This document shows positions 12,421-24,400 of a stretch of 64,000 nucleotides of DNA, one piece after another. The notes below the pieces were generated by a model. The model worked only from the letters and a program-made list of their open reading frames with translations, was not told where the DNA came from and did no database searches. Source of the DNA: Gracilinanus agilis (lineage: Eukaryota). The stretch covers positions 323,977,008-324,041,007 of the forward strand of contig NC_058131.1 of assembly GCF_016433145.1 (NCBI RefSeq). The letters are read 5' to 3'. A program made the translations under genes and the position numbers. Positions within the stretch are counted from its first letter, which is position 1. Every line of letters starts with the position of its first letter.

Positions 12421-13368
12421 GTTGGTACAATTTTTCTTGGATTCCTAAAGGAAAATTTTGTTGTTTGATTAAGATAATAAAATTTATTGTTTATCATTAG
12501 GGTTGACTGTTTTAGATTTAATACACTACAGCAATTTGATAGATTTTTTTTTATAATCTTAATGACTTTGGACCCATTCCTATAAAGTCACTTTCTCATT
12601 CTCACTGATAACTCCCTTTTGCAGTAGATAAAAATTGTTTGGGTTCGTTAGTCATTTGATGTTAATTCTGAAGAGACATTATTGTTCAGCTAGTCTTCTA
12701 ACTTCATTTACAGATGGAGATGTGGACTCAAAAAGGTGCAGTGATTTGTTCAAAATCAAAAACAGTGTTAGGAGAAGAGCTGGGACTAGAATCCAAGTTG
12801 CTCAATACCTAACTACTAGATTAGCTACTAATTATAAAGCATTTTCCTTCTGTTATACCATACTGTCTTTCTGGTAGATCAGTGACTGAGCCTTTCTTCC
12901 CATCCATTATCACTACATAAAATGGAGATTTACAGTGATTAATGGTGCTTTTGACATTCTGCCTGTAAGTTTTTGTAAATAAGTATCTTTTATTACAAAC
13001 AGTATTAGGGGTACTGTAATCATAAAAAGTACAGATAGTGATCATAAACAAAATCCTGGTTACAATGCAACACATAGTAAAAAGCCTCCAGCATCTGTGA
13101 TAAAATACCAGCTGTACCAGAAATATTGCTTGACTGACAGCCCAAAAGGCTGCCAATCAGAGACAAGAACTATAGACTACCTCAAGGGTACTTCTGGATG
13201 AGAGTTTGAAATAAATTCTCTATTTTAGTGTGCATGTACTTAGGCATATGTTTTTATTTCTGTCATTTGGTCTCTAAAAGTACTAGTAAACTGTAGTTAG
13301 AGAACATCTTTGTGTATAAATACAAAGTTTAATTTGTTTAATACAGTCTGAGTTTCCATTTCTCAAAG

Positions 13369-13478
13369 GAAGTCGGTTTGAACACCTGCTGAAGAGAATA
13401 GGACACCAAGCAAAGAATGCTTCAACAGAATTAAAAATTAGGTGTTTGGATGCGATTTCATCTCTTCTTCATTTACCA
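13369..13478 (+). CDS. PSMD5: PSMD5 exon 8
   Basis: ctcaaag|[36 protein letters not shown]|gtaagt; 110 nt, AAG acceptor. Confidence 0.94.
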
Positions 13479-14036
13479 GTAAGTAGATGAGAATGTCAGT
13501 AGAGATTAGTATGTTTGGTAGAATAAATATATGTGATTTAACATTAAAAAATTTAAATAAAAACCTTTACCAGTTAAGAGCTATCACTCTTACTGGGCAT
13601 ACCCCATAATGGCTGGTGTTAATATAAGAGTTGCTATAGAATCCTAGAGATGGGAGTGACCTTAGAGATCATCTAGTCCAGTCTCTTCATTTACAGATGT
13701 GAGTATTGGGGTCCAGAGGAATAAAATGATTTGGCCATACTCAGGCAAATACTGGTGATTAGAAAGAAGGGCTCTCCTACATGTTTGTGAAGATACTAGA
13801 ATCAAAGGACTTAGGTTGGTTTTGGTTTTTCTTAAGGTCTTAGGTTTGCATCTTGGTTCTGCTACTTACAGATTATTTGACCTTGGGCATATAACTTAAC
13901 CTCTCTGGGATTTAGAGTAAAATGAGAGGTTTGAACCAAATGATTTCTAAGGCTATTTTTAAGCTGTAAATTCCAAGAGTATACTCTCATGACCATATTG
14001 AAAACATTGAATAATTTTCCCCTCTCTGTCCTACAG

Positions 14037-14177
14037 CATGATCAACAGACTGAAGATCTCCTTAGAATGACAGAATGCTGGTTCTCTTCTTTAACTCGGG
14101 ATCCACTGGAACATTTTAGAGGGATCAGCACCCAACCTTTCTCTGAACTGCATTGTGCTGCATTAAAAGTATTCACA
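14037..14177 (+). CDS. PSMD5: PSMD5 exon 9
   Basis: ctacag|[47 protein letters not shown]|gtaagt; 141 nt. Confidence 0.95.
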
Positions 14178-14853
14178 GTAAGTGTTTCCTTCCAAAGTCA
14201 GCAGTGCCAAATATAATTGCTGTAAAGTAGTTTTAATCTGATATTCTTGTCATCTAGATGATTTTATTATTAACCATATAATAGAGGTTGGAATTTTCAC
14301 TTTCATGAGACCTAAACATCTAAAAAGTAGTAATAAGCTATGGAATTTTAGGGTTTTTTTTCCTACCTTGTGCAGAAATTAATCTAGTAATTTAAATTGA
14401 GGTATACATAAAGTCCTTTGGGTTCCTATTTGGTCTAACATATGATCTTTAAAACCTTCTTTAATTTCTTAATTTTTTTGCTAGTCGTTTAAGTACCTAA
14501 CCATGTGCAAAGCTTAGTACTCAGTGCTGGGTGAGATGCTATAATGTAATTGGAAGCAGAAAGTCTGAGTTTGTGTCTTGGCTGTGTCACTTAGTAATTG
14601 TGGTAAATCATTTAATTTCGCTAAGCCATGGTTTCCTCGTCTATAAAATAGAGATAATAATATTTATTTTGTAGGGCTTTAATGAGAAACATACTTAGCA
14701 AGTTTTCATTGAGAGCTTTTATCAATTTTGCAAATAAAATATAATCCCTGTCCTTCAGGAAGCTTTCATTCTTAGCTCTTTTATCTATTTTTATAACTTC
14801 CTTTTTTCCTTGAAATTAAAAAGGAGTTGTTCTCTTCCTCTGTTGCTCTTTAG

Positions 14854-15111
14854 GCCATTGCAAACCAACCCTGGGCTCAGAAACTTATGCTTAACAGCCC
14901 AGGGTTTGTGGAATATGTCATGGATCGATCTGTGGAACGTGACAAAGCTTCAAAAGATGCCAAATATGAACTAGTGAAAGCCCTTGCAAACTCGAAAACA
15001 ATTGCAGAAATCTTTGGAAACCAATATTATTTAAGACTAAGAGCATACCTGAGTGAAGGCCCATACTTTGTGAAGTCTGTTTCAACTACAGCTGTGGAAG
15101 GAGCAGAATGA
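14854..15111 (+). CDS. PSMD5: PSMD5 exon 10 (terminal coding part)
   Basis: ctttag|[22 protein letters not shown]...[10 protein letters not shown]; the ten exons total 1515 nt = 504 aa + stop. Confidence 0.96.
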   Translation, partial: AIANQPWAQKLMLNSPGFVEYVMDRSVERDKASKDAKYELVKALANSKTIAEIFGNQYYLRLRAYLSEGPYFVKSVSTTAVEGAE

Positions 15112-16829
15112 GTTCCACAAAATTCAGTTTAGGGGACCAATCTTCAAGACCAAGACCTTTGGGGTTTTGTGTTTTTTTTTTTTTTTTTTTGGTTTGTATT
15201 TAACAGACAGAAAATAATTTTAGCTATAATTGCACTTTTAAAGAAATTATCATGATATGTATAAAGTAGACTAACAACTATATATTTGTTGTTATTGTTT
15301 TTGAGGTACATTGTGGAATGGGTTTGGAGCTCTTTGATTGCAAAAAGAAAAATATTCCATATTGCAGAGTATTTGGGTCATTATTTGAAGTATTTTTCTG
15401 CTTCCCTAAATATATGTGATCTTGCCAAAGCTGCATACACTTAAATATATCTTTGCATATATATATTTGTAACCACAAATGCTGGGAAATTCTTTGCCCT
15501 AGAGATGCCTAAATAGAGAATACCCCCTGCCACAAAGAATCCTACTTTATTCAAAAGGAAGAAGCAAGTTACATTAGGAATTCTCTTCTACTCCTGGCAA
15601 AACTTTTTGTTCTTTAACCCACTACCTCCTCACTATTGGATGTTCAAATTCTTTAGCTTATAAAGCTGTGTGGACCCCTAAAATTATGTGTTCTCATCTT
15701 TATGATACAAGTAAGCCATTTTTAATAAGGTCTCTGGTGAGCTTTTGAGATGAGTTGTTTTAATTGTCCTTTCTAAGAAAATGAGACATTCTGTGACTTT
15801 AAAAAAAATCCAAGAAAAGGCCTCCCAACCAATTTGAAGTCTTATTTTGATATCTCTTTGCAATAATTAATGAATTATATCTATTCTGTTTTTATATCTG
15901 TGACTTTTCCCATTTTTCCTCATTGTACTTGATTAAAAAATTCTTGTTGGCAACAACCCCTGCCTCTGGTTAAATAATAGTGCTTATTTGGAAAGATCTC
16001 AAGTTTCATAAAGAAGAATATGATTCCGTTTCAGGAACATGAGAGAAAAGTCTCCTGAAATAAGACATTAAAATCGTATTTTGAAATGACTAAATTAGAC
16101 AATGTATACCAAATCCAATTTTACTTTTTTTTTATCTCATATTACAATTCCATTTTAAAAGAATTCTAGTTTGTGGTGATGAAGAGTACTAGATTTGAAG
16201 TCAGAAGAATGAAGTTTGAATATAGATTGCCATTTACCAACTATATATTTTAGGCAAATCACTATACCTCTGTAAGTCTCAGTTTCTTCACCTATAAAAT
16301 GACAGTGATCTCTAATGTCTTTTCCAGTTCTAACAAAGTAGAAGCTAGATAACTCTGGGATCTTTTTGAGGCAGTTCTTATATCCAACAGAAATTTAGAC
16401 TGGTTATCCTCTATGGTCTCTTTTAGCTCTTAATATTCTATATTTCTAGTACTTTTGTCCTAGTTAGTTCCTGTCCATCCTATAAGAGAAATATTGTGTG
16501 CCAACATGAAATGAATGAATTCATTGCAGCCTGTTTGGGATTTTGATGAAAAACTTCTGTTGAGAATTACCAGCATAGAAGGTAAATGTGTTAACCCAAG
16601 GAACTTGTACACTGTAAGAATAAAATTAAGATTTCTTTGTAGTGGGTACATCTAATTCTTAGAGATTAGATAATGGAGCCATGATTTTAGTTTATAGATT
16701 TATTTGCTACATGTGCATAGTATGGAGTAACATTTTACAATAATTTAATTTTTTTCATGTAATTCAAGTGAAAGAAATTCAAGTCAGATATAAAAATACA
16801 AAGTTTGTGCCATTAAGAATTATATGTAT

Positions 16830-17030
16830 GGGCAGCAGCTGGGTGGCTGAGTGGATTGAGAGCCAGGCCCAGAGATGGGAAGTCCTGGATTCAGATCTGG
16901 CCTCAGACACTCCTAGGTGTGTGACCCTGAGCAAGTCACTTGACCCCTATTGCCTAGCCCTTACCACTTTTCTGCCTTAGAACCAGTACACAGTGTTGAT
17001 CATAAGATGGAAGGTATGGGTTTAAGGGGG
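16830..17030 (+). mobile_element. SINE1_Mdo-type SINE between the PSMD5 and B3GALT9 3' ends
   Basis: ggcagcagctgggtggctgagtggattgagagccagg...gtgaccctgagcaagtcact. Confidence 0.85.
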
Positions 17031-17372
17031 GGGGGGCGGATTATGATTGTCCTTAAACATTTTTGAGAAACTTTACAACTATAAAGAATGAGAAGAGGTA
17101 GTTTTTCACAGAAATAACTTTAATGCATTCCCCCTTTAAAAAGACAAATTGATTGCAGAAAGAATTTTATACTAAGTTAAATTCTTTAGGAACTATTATA
17201 TATTGGTATTTGGAACACAATTAAAAGGGCTTAGAAATTTTTTTTCTTGCCTAAATATATAATATCAAAGGCTTTGGAAGCTAAGCCTTTGGGGGAAAAT
17301 ACAAAAGGAGAAATGTTTACTATGATAGGGGAAAAGGAAGTTGTAAAGCATTTTCTGCTGGAAAATGAAATC

Positions 17373-18476
17373 TTAATTAGCAAAATACATTGCATCACTT
17401 TTTATAGCTGCTATATTAAAGTGTTTAAAGGTATCAAGATAAGTTAAAAGTTTGCAGGACACTAACCCATAATAGGTTTCAAGCAAAGTGCAGACTTTCC
17501 CATCATTAATTTCCCTCCACTCAAGTGGCATTTCTTCATCTGTCATTTCCGAGGATGTGAAGATGAATTTATAGCAGCATCGATTGTACCTGATATGCTT
17601 CTCCCCGGAAAACCGTGAACTGTGGATGGGGATGAGGCCAGCATACTTGGCGCAGATTCCTATAAAAACATCAGAAGGTATTGCTAAAGGTGTTTCCTTG
17701 AAAACCACATATATCATGCGGGCCACATCCTGGGACACAATAAAGGCCTCTCCACTGCAATAATCAGGGTAGTACTTTTCTGGATACTCACTAACTGACA
17801 CAAAGTCCAGGCTTTGAGGATCTCTGTTGGGCATATCCTGGTGGATGACTCTTCCCACATAGATTTCTTCAAGGTGGTCTTTCAAGTTGAGGAGATAGTC
17901 TACAAGGCTAAGGATATTAACAAACATCTCTTCATTGACCTTGAGGATGAACTTGGCATTTGGGCAGAAAGTCACAGCCCACTGCATCATCATGACAGTT
18001 TTTAGTGTTTGGTTCCCAGAATTGTCTAGGAAGAATCCTTCAATAATATCTCTGTATTTATTAGACTCCATGTTGATGTCTTGCTGAGAGGTTCCCAGAT
18101 CTGGCATTCCCAAGGCAAATAATGAAAGGATGGGATGTCCCCTTATACTAGTCACATTAGCCCAGGTTTTTCTTATCAAATTTCTTCTTGACCTATTTCC
18201 TGGACTACTGAAGATAAGAGAAAGTAAAAAGATATCTTCTCCCTTGCATACCTCCTCCTGATTTAAGATGTACGATTTTGAGAGGTTATATCTTAAGGGC
18301 TCCATGTTTAATTTTCTGGCTTTGTTCTTAATCTCAAGAACTCTCATGTCAACATATGGTAATGACTGCAAAAAATATTCTTCCACAAAGTCAGCACCAA
18401 AGAGCAGAGCATGAAACAGAATGATATTAAATAAAATGAAGCACCATTGGTGAGTCCGCAGCTTGCAAAATGTTAC
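17373..18476 (-). CDS. B3GALT9: B3GALT9 (GT31 beta-1,3-galactosyltransferase family, type II membrane) main coding exon
   Basis: Minus-strand acceptor ttag|GTA ACA at 18476; VTFCKLRTHQWCFILFNIILFHALLFGADFVEEYFLQ... TM anchor plus GT31 motifs (RRNLIRKTW, YPDYCSGEAFIVS, DVFIGIC); stop at 17373. Confidence 0.93.
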   Translation of the reverse strand, partial: VTFCKLRTHQWCFILFNIILFHALLFGADFVEEYFLQSLPYVDMRVLEIKNKARKLNMEPLRYNLSKSYILNQEEVCKGEDIFLLSLIFSSPGNRSRRNLIRKTWANVTSIRGHPILSLFALGMPDLGTSQQDINMESNKYRDIIEGFFLDNSGNQTLKTVMMMQWAVTFCPNAKFILKVNEEMFVNILSLVDYLLNLKDHLEEIYVGRVIHQDMPNRDPQSLDFVSVSEYPEKYYPDYCSGEAFIVSQDVARMIYVVFKETPLAIPSDVFIGICAKYAGLIPIHSSRFSGEKHIRYNRCCYKFIFTSSEMTDEEMPLEWREINDGKVCTLLETYYGLVSCKLLTYLDTFKHFNIAAIKSDAMYFAN

Positions 18477-19329
18477 CTAAATGAGAAGAGAACACAACGT
18501 AGTTGTCCACACGCCTGAAATTAGTGGAACTATTATTTGGAGTAAAAACCAATTATTTACTATTCCTCATTTGAGTTAGCTTTTGATATTGTCATCTACA
18601 CAATTTTTTTTCTTTTACAAGAATTTGTATTTCTCTAGTTGCCGAGCAATTTTTTTTGTTAGCTATGGCATAGTCTGAAATGTTTACATATTTATGACTC
18701 ATGTTTCAAAGGCATTTTTATTAATATTTTCATATAAATAATAAACAACTTATATAATGAAATAACATGTATATATAACTTTGCAAATGTTCCAATATAT
18801 TCCATATTTATGAAAATACTCTAGTGCTCATTTGGACCAAATTAGATCTGCATGGTTTCTTGTCCAAAGAGGAATGCATAGTAGTTTTTAGCAGAGAAAT
18901 ACGCATAAAAATACAGCTACAAAAACAATAGGCTACTGTAGCCTGCTTGTTCTATGGGATGACATCAGTAGAGGTTTGATGAAAAAGGACTGAGTTAGAG
19001 AAGAATCCATTTTAACTAGCTTCCCACCTTCTCTTTCACATCAATTAAATAGGGAAAAAATTCTATACATCTGTAAAATGAAAGAATTGAGCTCTATAGA
19101 CTCAAGATTCTTTCAGTATCCAAATCTATGATCCTCTGGGATCCTCTTATCCATTGTTATGATCAAAATTTCTCATTTTCCAAGTTTGCATGCAGCAAAA
19201 GGAAATGCAGACACTAATACTGCGTTTAGACAAGGGTACTATAGGAGGAAGCTAGGCTACCTAGAATTCTGAATCTCTGACTCACAAGAACAATAACATG
19301 TCTTAAACATTAAAAAAATAAAGTTTTAC

Positions 19330-19335
19330 CTGCAT
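19330..19335 (-). CDS. B3GALT9: B3GALT9 first coding part (ATG CAG)
   Basis: Minus strand ATGCAG|gtaaaa; joins in phase 0 to give MQVTFC..., total 1110 nt = 369 aa + stop. Confidence 0.8.
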
Positions 19336-19617
19336 ATTATCTGTGAGTAAATTCGGAATTCTCAATGCACTTTTGTCCAAATGTGGATTTGGGTTCAAAT
19401 ACATAGAGAAGATGACTCCATTTGCAATTGAAGTGGAAGCACTTTATGTCTGGAACTTTTAGGATAAGGTTTCTCTATAAACAATTTGATCCTTTGTTTC
19501 AGCTTCCTTGATGGATGTGCAGAAATGCCCACACAAACACCCTGATCATATTGCATTTGGAGAGAACCCAAAGTAATAGAATTAGAGCAGTCTGCCTAAT
19601 TCATTAGTCCCCTAAGA
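19330..19617 (-). other. B3GALT9: Predicted B3GALT9 exon carrying 5'UTR and start codon
   Basis: Good minus-strand acceptor ttttttaatgattccctacag| at 19618/19617; donor at 19329. Confidence 0.5.
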
Positions 19618-20789
19618 CTGTAGGGAATCATTAAAAAAATGTTCTTTATCAGAAAGTTAATAAGATATTAGATTTGATTCCTGGGGTTATGTTTATCTTA
19701 TAATCAATAATTTGTTTACTTAAAAGCTTTACTAAGTAACAATTTTTCATCTATAACGTGAGATAATTGGGTTAAATGAGCTATAAGGTTACTGTTCTGT
19801 AGGTGACAAATAATGTAGGACTTTGTAGATCATGTGACTGGAATATGTGCATTTAAAGGGTTTAAATAAGGGTCTATTATAGGCTGTCAGATAACTGGCT
19901 GTTTCTCTAGTCAGAGGACCTGACTTCAAATTCTACCTCCAATCAAGGTGGGCAGTTCAAACTTTCCTGGACCTCAATTTCCTCATCTGTAAAATGAAAG
20001 AATAGCCTTTGGATCCCCTTCCAACTCTAGGTATATGATCCCGTGCCAGAGGATTTGGCTAAATTAGTTTTGTTTTAAAACATTATACCTGTACCTTGGG
20101 CTCAAACTGGAGATTGGCTTACTTCAGTAATGCATGGCCTCTTGATTCTCTTAATTGAATGTTAGAGGTGAAAGTGGCATAAGGAAAGGAAGAGAAGGTG
20201 GATTTTTAAAAATGTTTTTAGAGCCATCAAAACTGGAATATTTTGTAGATTTTGTGGAAACAGGATATAGTAGAATAAAGTCAAGAAGAGAGCTGGAGTC
20301 TAGTACGTATTCTGCTGCTAAATGTATGATCTTACCTAAGCAAATCATCTCACATCTAAGACATGACTTCATCTGCAAAATGAGCCGAATTTGCGGTATA
20401 ATTTTATTTTCAGATGTGTAAGTAGTGACCTGCATTCTATCCCTCGAAACCCCATCCAGCACAGTGACTTAAGATATAGGACTTGTTTGAACTAAGGATA
20501 AATTTAACTGCTTCAGTTTGCAAATTGTTAGGAGCCAGGATCAATATAGAGGTTCAACATCCTGTAAATGATGTAAAGTAGAGAATAAAAATTAAGAATC
20601 GCTGCTTAATTAATGGATGAATCCGGTACTTGGAGCAATCATACGAACATCCAATTCAAAACTACACAGGCACTCTGAGAATTGAAACTGCTTTTAAAAG
20701 CACACGCGTTACTTGACGACACTCCCGTTGGTTTTACATATACTTTCAAATCTAGTGGTAGAGACAGGTGCTGGTTGCCAAGTTCTTCG

Positions 20790-21420
20790 ATCTTTAGGCT
20801 ACTACGCATGATCCATTAAGGAGTGGAGGTCGGAAATGCTTTCAGCGGATGCTTCCGTTAGTGTCTTTTCTCCCCTCGCCCTACCCATCTCTACCTCGTC
20901 AGTTCCCTGGGGACGGACTCGGCGCGCGGAGATGACGTATTGCGGCGCCGGAAGCCGCTCCCCTCTGATCCTGCGGAATCCGAGCAGCGGCCGCCAGTCG
21001 GTGTGTGAGGTGGGGGCTGGGCGGGCTAGGGTCGGCGGGGACAGCCCTAGGAAGGGAAGAAGGAGAAAGCTCGGAGCCGTCTGACCCACTGTGTGTCTTT
21101 GTGTCTCCCTGTCCAGGCGCCATGGCTGCCGAAGGGGCCCGGCCGCTGCGAGGCTCCGCCGGCCCGCAGGCGCCCAGGCGGCGTGTGCCCGTCCCGAGGC
21201 CCCGGGTCCCGGAGCGCGCCCTCAGGTCAGTGCCTGGGGCGGGAAGCCGCGCGCGGGGTATGTGGTGGGTGGAGGGGTTGTACGTGAGCAGGGTATTGTC
21301 AGAGGGAGGCCTCCTCTTCTTCCCTTCTGCTCTGCCTTTTCCTCTCCCAGCTGTTTCAGCCAGTCCAGGCTCTGATCCCTGACAGCCGCATCCGCTCCGC
21401 AGAGAGCCTTTCTCGGAAAT
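20790..21420. promoter_or_regulatory. CpG-island bidirectional promoter shared by FBXW2 (+) and B3GALT9 (-)
   Basis: CpG-rich island between divergent genes; CRE-like TGACGTAT 20933-20940 and ETS/GABPA-type CCGGAAG 20948-20954. Confidence 0.82.
21117..21225 (+). other. FBXW2: FBXW2 5'UTR exon (109 nt)
   Basis: Strong acceptor gtgtctttgtgtctccctgtccag| and donor CAG|gtcagt inside the CpG island. Confidence 0.72.
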
Positions 21421-24400
21421 CTTCATCCTAATAACAATTGTTGCCCCTATTTATAAAGCATTTGAAAGCCTACAGAACTTGCTGTAATCCTGTGATGTAA
21501 GTAGGGCCGTTATTAACCCATTTTGCAGAAGATAAAATGGAAATTCAAAGATGAAATCTTTTAAAATTGACTTGCCCAAATTCACGAACCTAGCCATGTA
21601 CTCAAAGGTGACTTTTGCCCAAGATCATGCAGCTAGCAAGCATAGGATCCCAGGTTCTCAAACAGATCCTTTTTCTCTCAGTCTAATGCTCTGAACGACA
21701 CCATAACACTAGCAGTAATAATTGATATTTGTTTAGCTCTTTGAAGTTGGCCAATCACTTTACATATTTGTTTATTTTGTTGCACTTAAGCTTCACAACA
21801 ACCCTCTGGAATATTAACTACAGGTATTAGGTATCTAAACCTAGGCACAGGAATTAAATGACTTGGCTGTGGTCATATAGCTAGTAGTTGTCACTAGCAG
21901 GAATTGAACCTAGGTTGGGCCTCCTGACCACACCATACCCATATGACTTCTTTCACATATATATGATTGTTTCTAAAGTACATCTATGACTATCACATGC
22001 ATACCTCCTTAGCGCAGGGAAGGGTCACCTGTTTATTTAGTTTTACCCAGTCCTCTCCTATATCTGTGGCAGTACTAACAAACCATTTTCCTATATCTCT
22101 AAGCTAAACAAATCACTTCTTTTGTAAGATAATTATCTAATAAGATTATTAATGAAGTTGTATGAATAGTGTTATTTCTATATTATATGTGAAAGAACGG
22201 AATTGGAGAAAATATGATTTACTAGAAGTCATTCATCTTTTAAATGGCAGAGAGAGTGATTATTTGAATTCAAGTCTCTGACTGAAATTGGATACTTTAT
22301 ATATACACTATACCATGGTAATGGTCTTTAACAGCTTCCAATGATAAATGCATTAATTCACTTTCTTCTAAAGCAGGAGACTCCGTTTTAAAAATAATTA
22401 TATTTGGCCTAATTTTTAGGAAGTTTTCCTTCTGTTCATATAGAGTTATTTCTCCACACTTTTTAGTAAACTATCTTAATGATTTTCCATGGTCAGAAAT
22501 AAGGCTATTTTAAAGCATTCAATCATTTAACTACCATTTATTATTCATCTACTATATACCAGGCACTGTGCTAAGGAAGGAGGATACAGGTTCCCCTTGA
22601 GGAGCTTACATGCTGTCAGGAGAAAACAACAAATAGAAGTATATATAAAATCAATACAAGGTAATGGGGGAGGAGGGCAAGGAGAGGCACTGGTAGTTGA
22701 GGAAAACAGGAAAGACCCCATGTAGAAGGTGACACTTATAGTAGAAGTAATAATGATCAACTCCCATTTATATAGACTTTAAGGTTTGCAAAGGACTTAC
22801 TTTGCAAGCCTGAGCTTCAGACATTTATTTTAGGTGTAAGAAGAGAAAGTTTAGCTAACCAGTTACTACCCTTGGGATGTTTATATTTTAGTGGATAATA
22901 AGATACTAATATAGATATCTATAATATAAAGTTTCATAAGGTATTATTGATACCTTTGTTTAGAGGCAGCTTGATAATAGTGGCCAGAAAGCTGTCCTTT
23001 GAAGTCAGAAAACCCTGGGTTCAGGTTCTGCTTGTGATGCATACTAGCTGTATGATACATACAAGCTGCTTTCAGATTCTGTGCCCCAGGTTATACCCTA
23101 ACACTGCAGACTGCAAAACAGGTGCCAGTCTGTATTTGAAGAGGAATTTATTTTTGGGGAGATCCCTATAAAGATGAAATCATAGGTCTAGAAGGAAAAA
23201 AATGTATTAAAAAGTTGTAAAAAATGTTACATTTGAGAAGGTTGTTGGTAAGATAGGGGTCAGGGAAGGCTGCATGTAAAAAATGGCATTTGAGTTGGGC
23301 TTTTAGTATGAGTTAGGATTTCAAAAAGTGAAGTGGAGTAGGGAATCATAAGGAACAGCATGTGCAAAGGGAAAGGAAAGGGAAGAAACACAAATTTTGT
23401 TCAGGGATAGTTTGGTTGGAACTTAGAATGCATAAAAGAGAGCAAACTGATAAAAGATGAAAAGATGAAGGATATTAAATGCCAGGCAAAAGAATTTAAA
23501 CTTTTTTTGCTAAGCAATAGAAAGGTACTCAAGATTTTTTAGTTGAGAGATGTAGTGATTAGATTATTATCATCAGAGTGATTATTTTGGGGCCAGATTA
23601 TGGAAGGTCTTGAATTCCAGACTAAAGAGTTGACCTTTATTCTTTAGAAAGTAGAGAGTTTAACTTGCTGAAGGATCGTAGATTTTAACCCTGAAGGGCT
23701 CTTAGAAATCATACAGTCAATGTCAGGATTTGAATCCAAGCCTTCTTTGACTCTTAGACTTAGCTCTTTTCACACACCCTATTGTATTTTAGAAAGAAGA
23801 AATCTTTAGAAATGTTTTCAGATCCCTGTCAGAATCTAGTTCTTCAGAACTTTGTGATCTTTAATAATTTGGTAGCATTAAGTTGTTTATAAAACATTTT
23901 CAGGTTTGAGGATTATTTCAGGGATTAGGATCATAGGGTTTTAGAACTATGAGAGATCTTGGAAATCATAATCCAACTCCCTTCTTTCATATATTCTGAA
24001 ATAATGAAAGAACAAGTATAGAGTTAAAGAATTTTAAGAGTTATTAGTGTGGATTTTCAGATTCAGAAGATGAGCCTCGGAGGTAGGGAAGTCATGGGCT
24101 GATAATACTAAAATTTACTTTTTCTGACTTCTCCACAGATTTAGTTAACCTCTGCCACTAAGCTGTACCCCTGGGGACAGGTGGCAGGGCAGGGACAGGG
24201 AATTATGTGTTTAGCACAATTTCAGAAAGGAGGAGAAAGACAGAAGTGCATTTGAGAGGACCAGTTGTTTGTGGTACCATTCAGTGGCACCAATTAAATT
24301 AGTTACCTGTGTGTTCCAGCTATCTTGTCCCCTAGAACATTGAAGTTCATGTTAAAGCAACAAACAGTAGTTTGTCTTGACATTCTAAACTTTTCTTGTT

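Noticed and set aside
18384-18386. ORF-track GTG start for a 337-aa glycosyltransferase
   Set aside because: The frame stays open to a splice acceptor at 18476 and includes the TM anchor; the true start is in the upstream exon
20836-21426. Overlapping 82-175 aa ORFs on both strands in the FBXW2/B3GALT9 island
   Set aside because: Ala/Arg/Gly/Pro-rich, stop-poor GC-rich DNA with no recognisable domain; only the spliced Kozak uORF is retained as a finding
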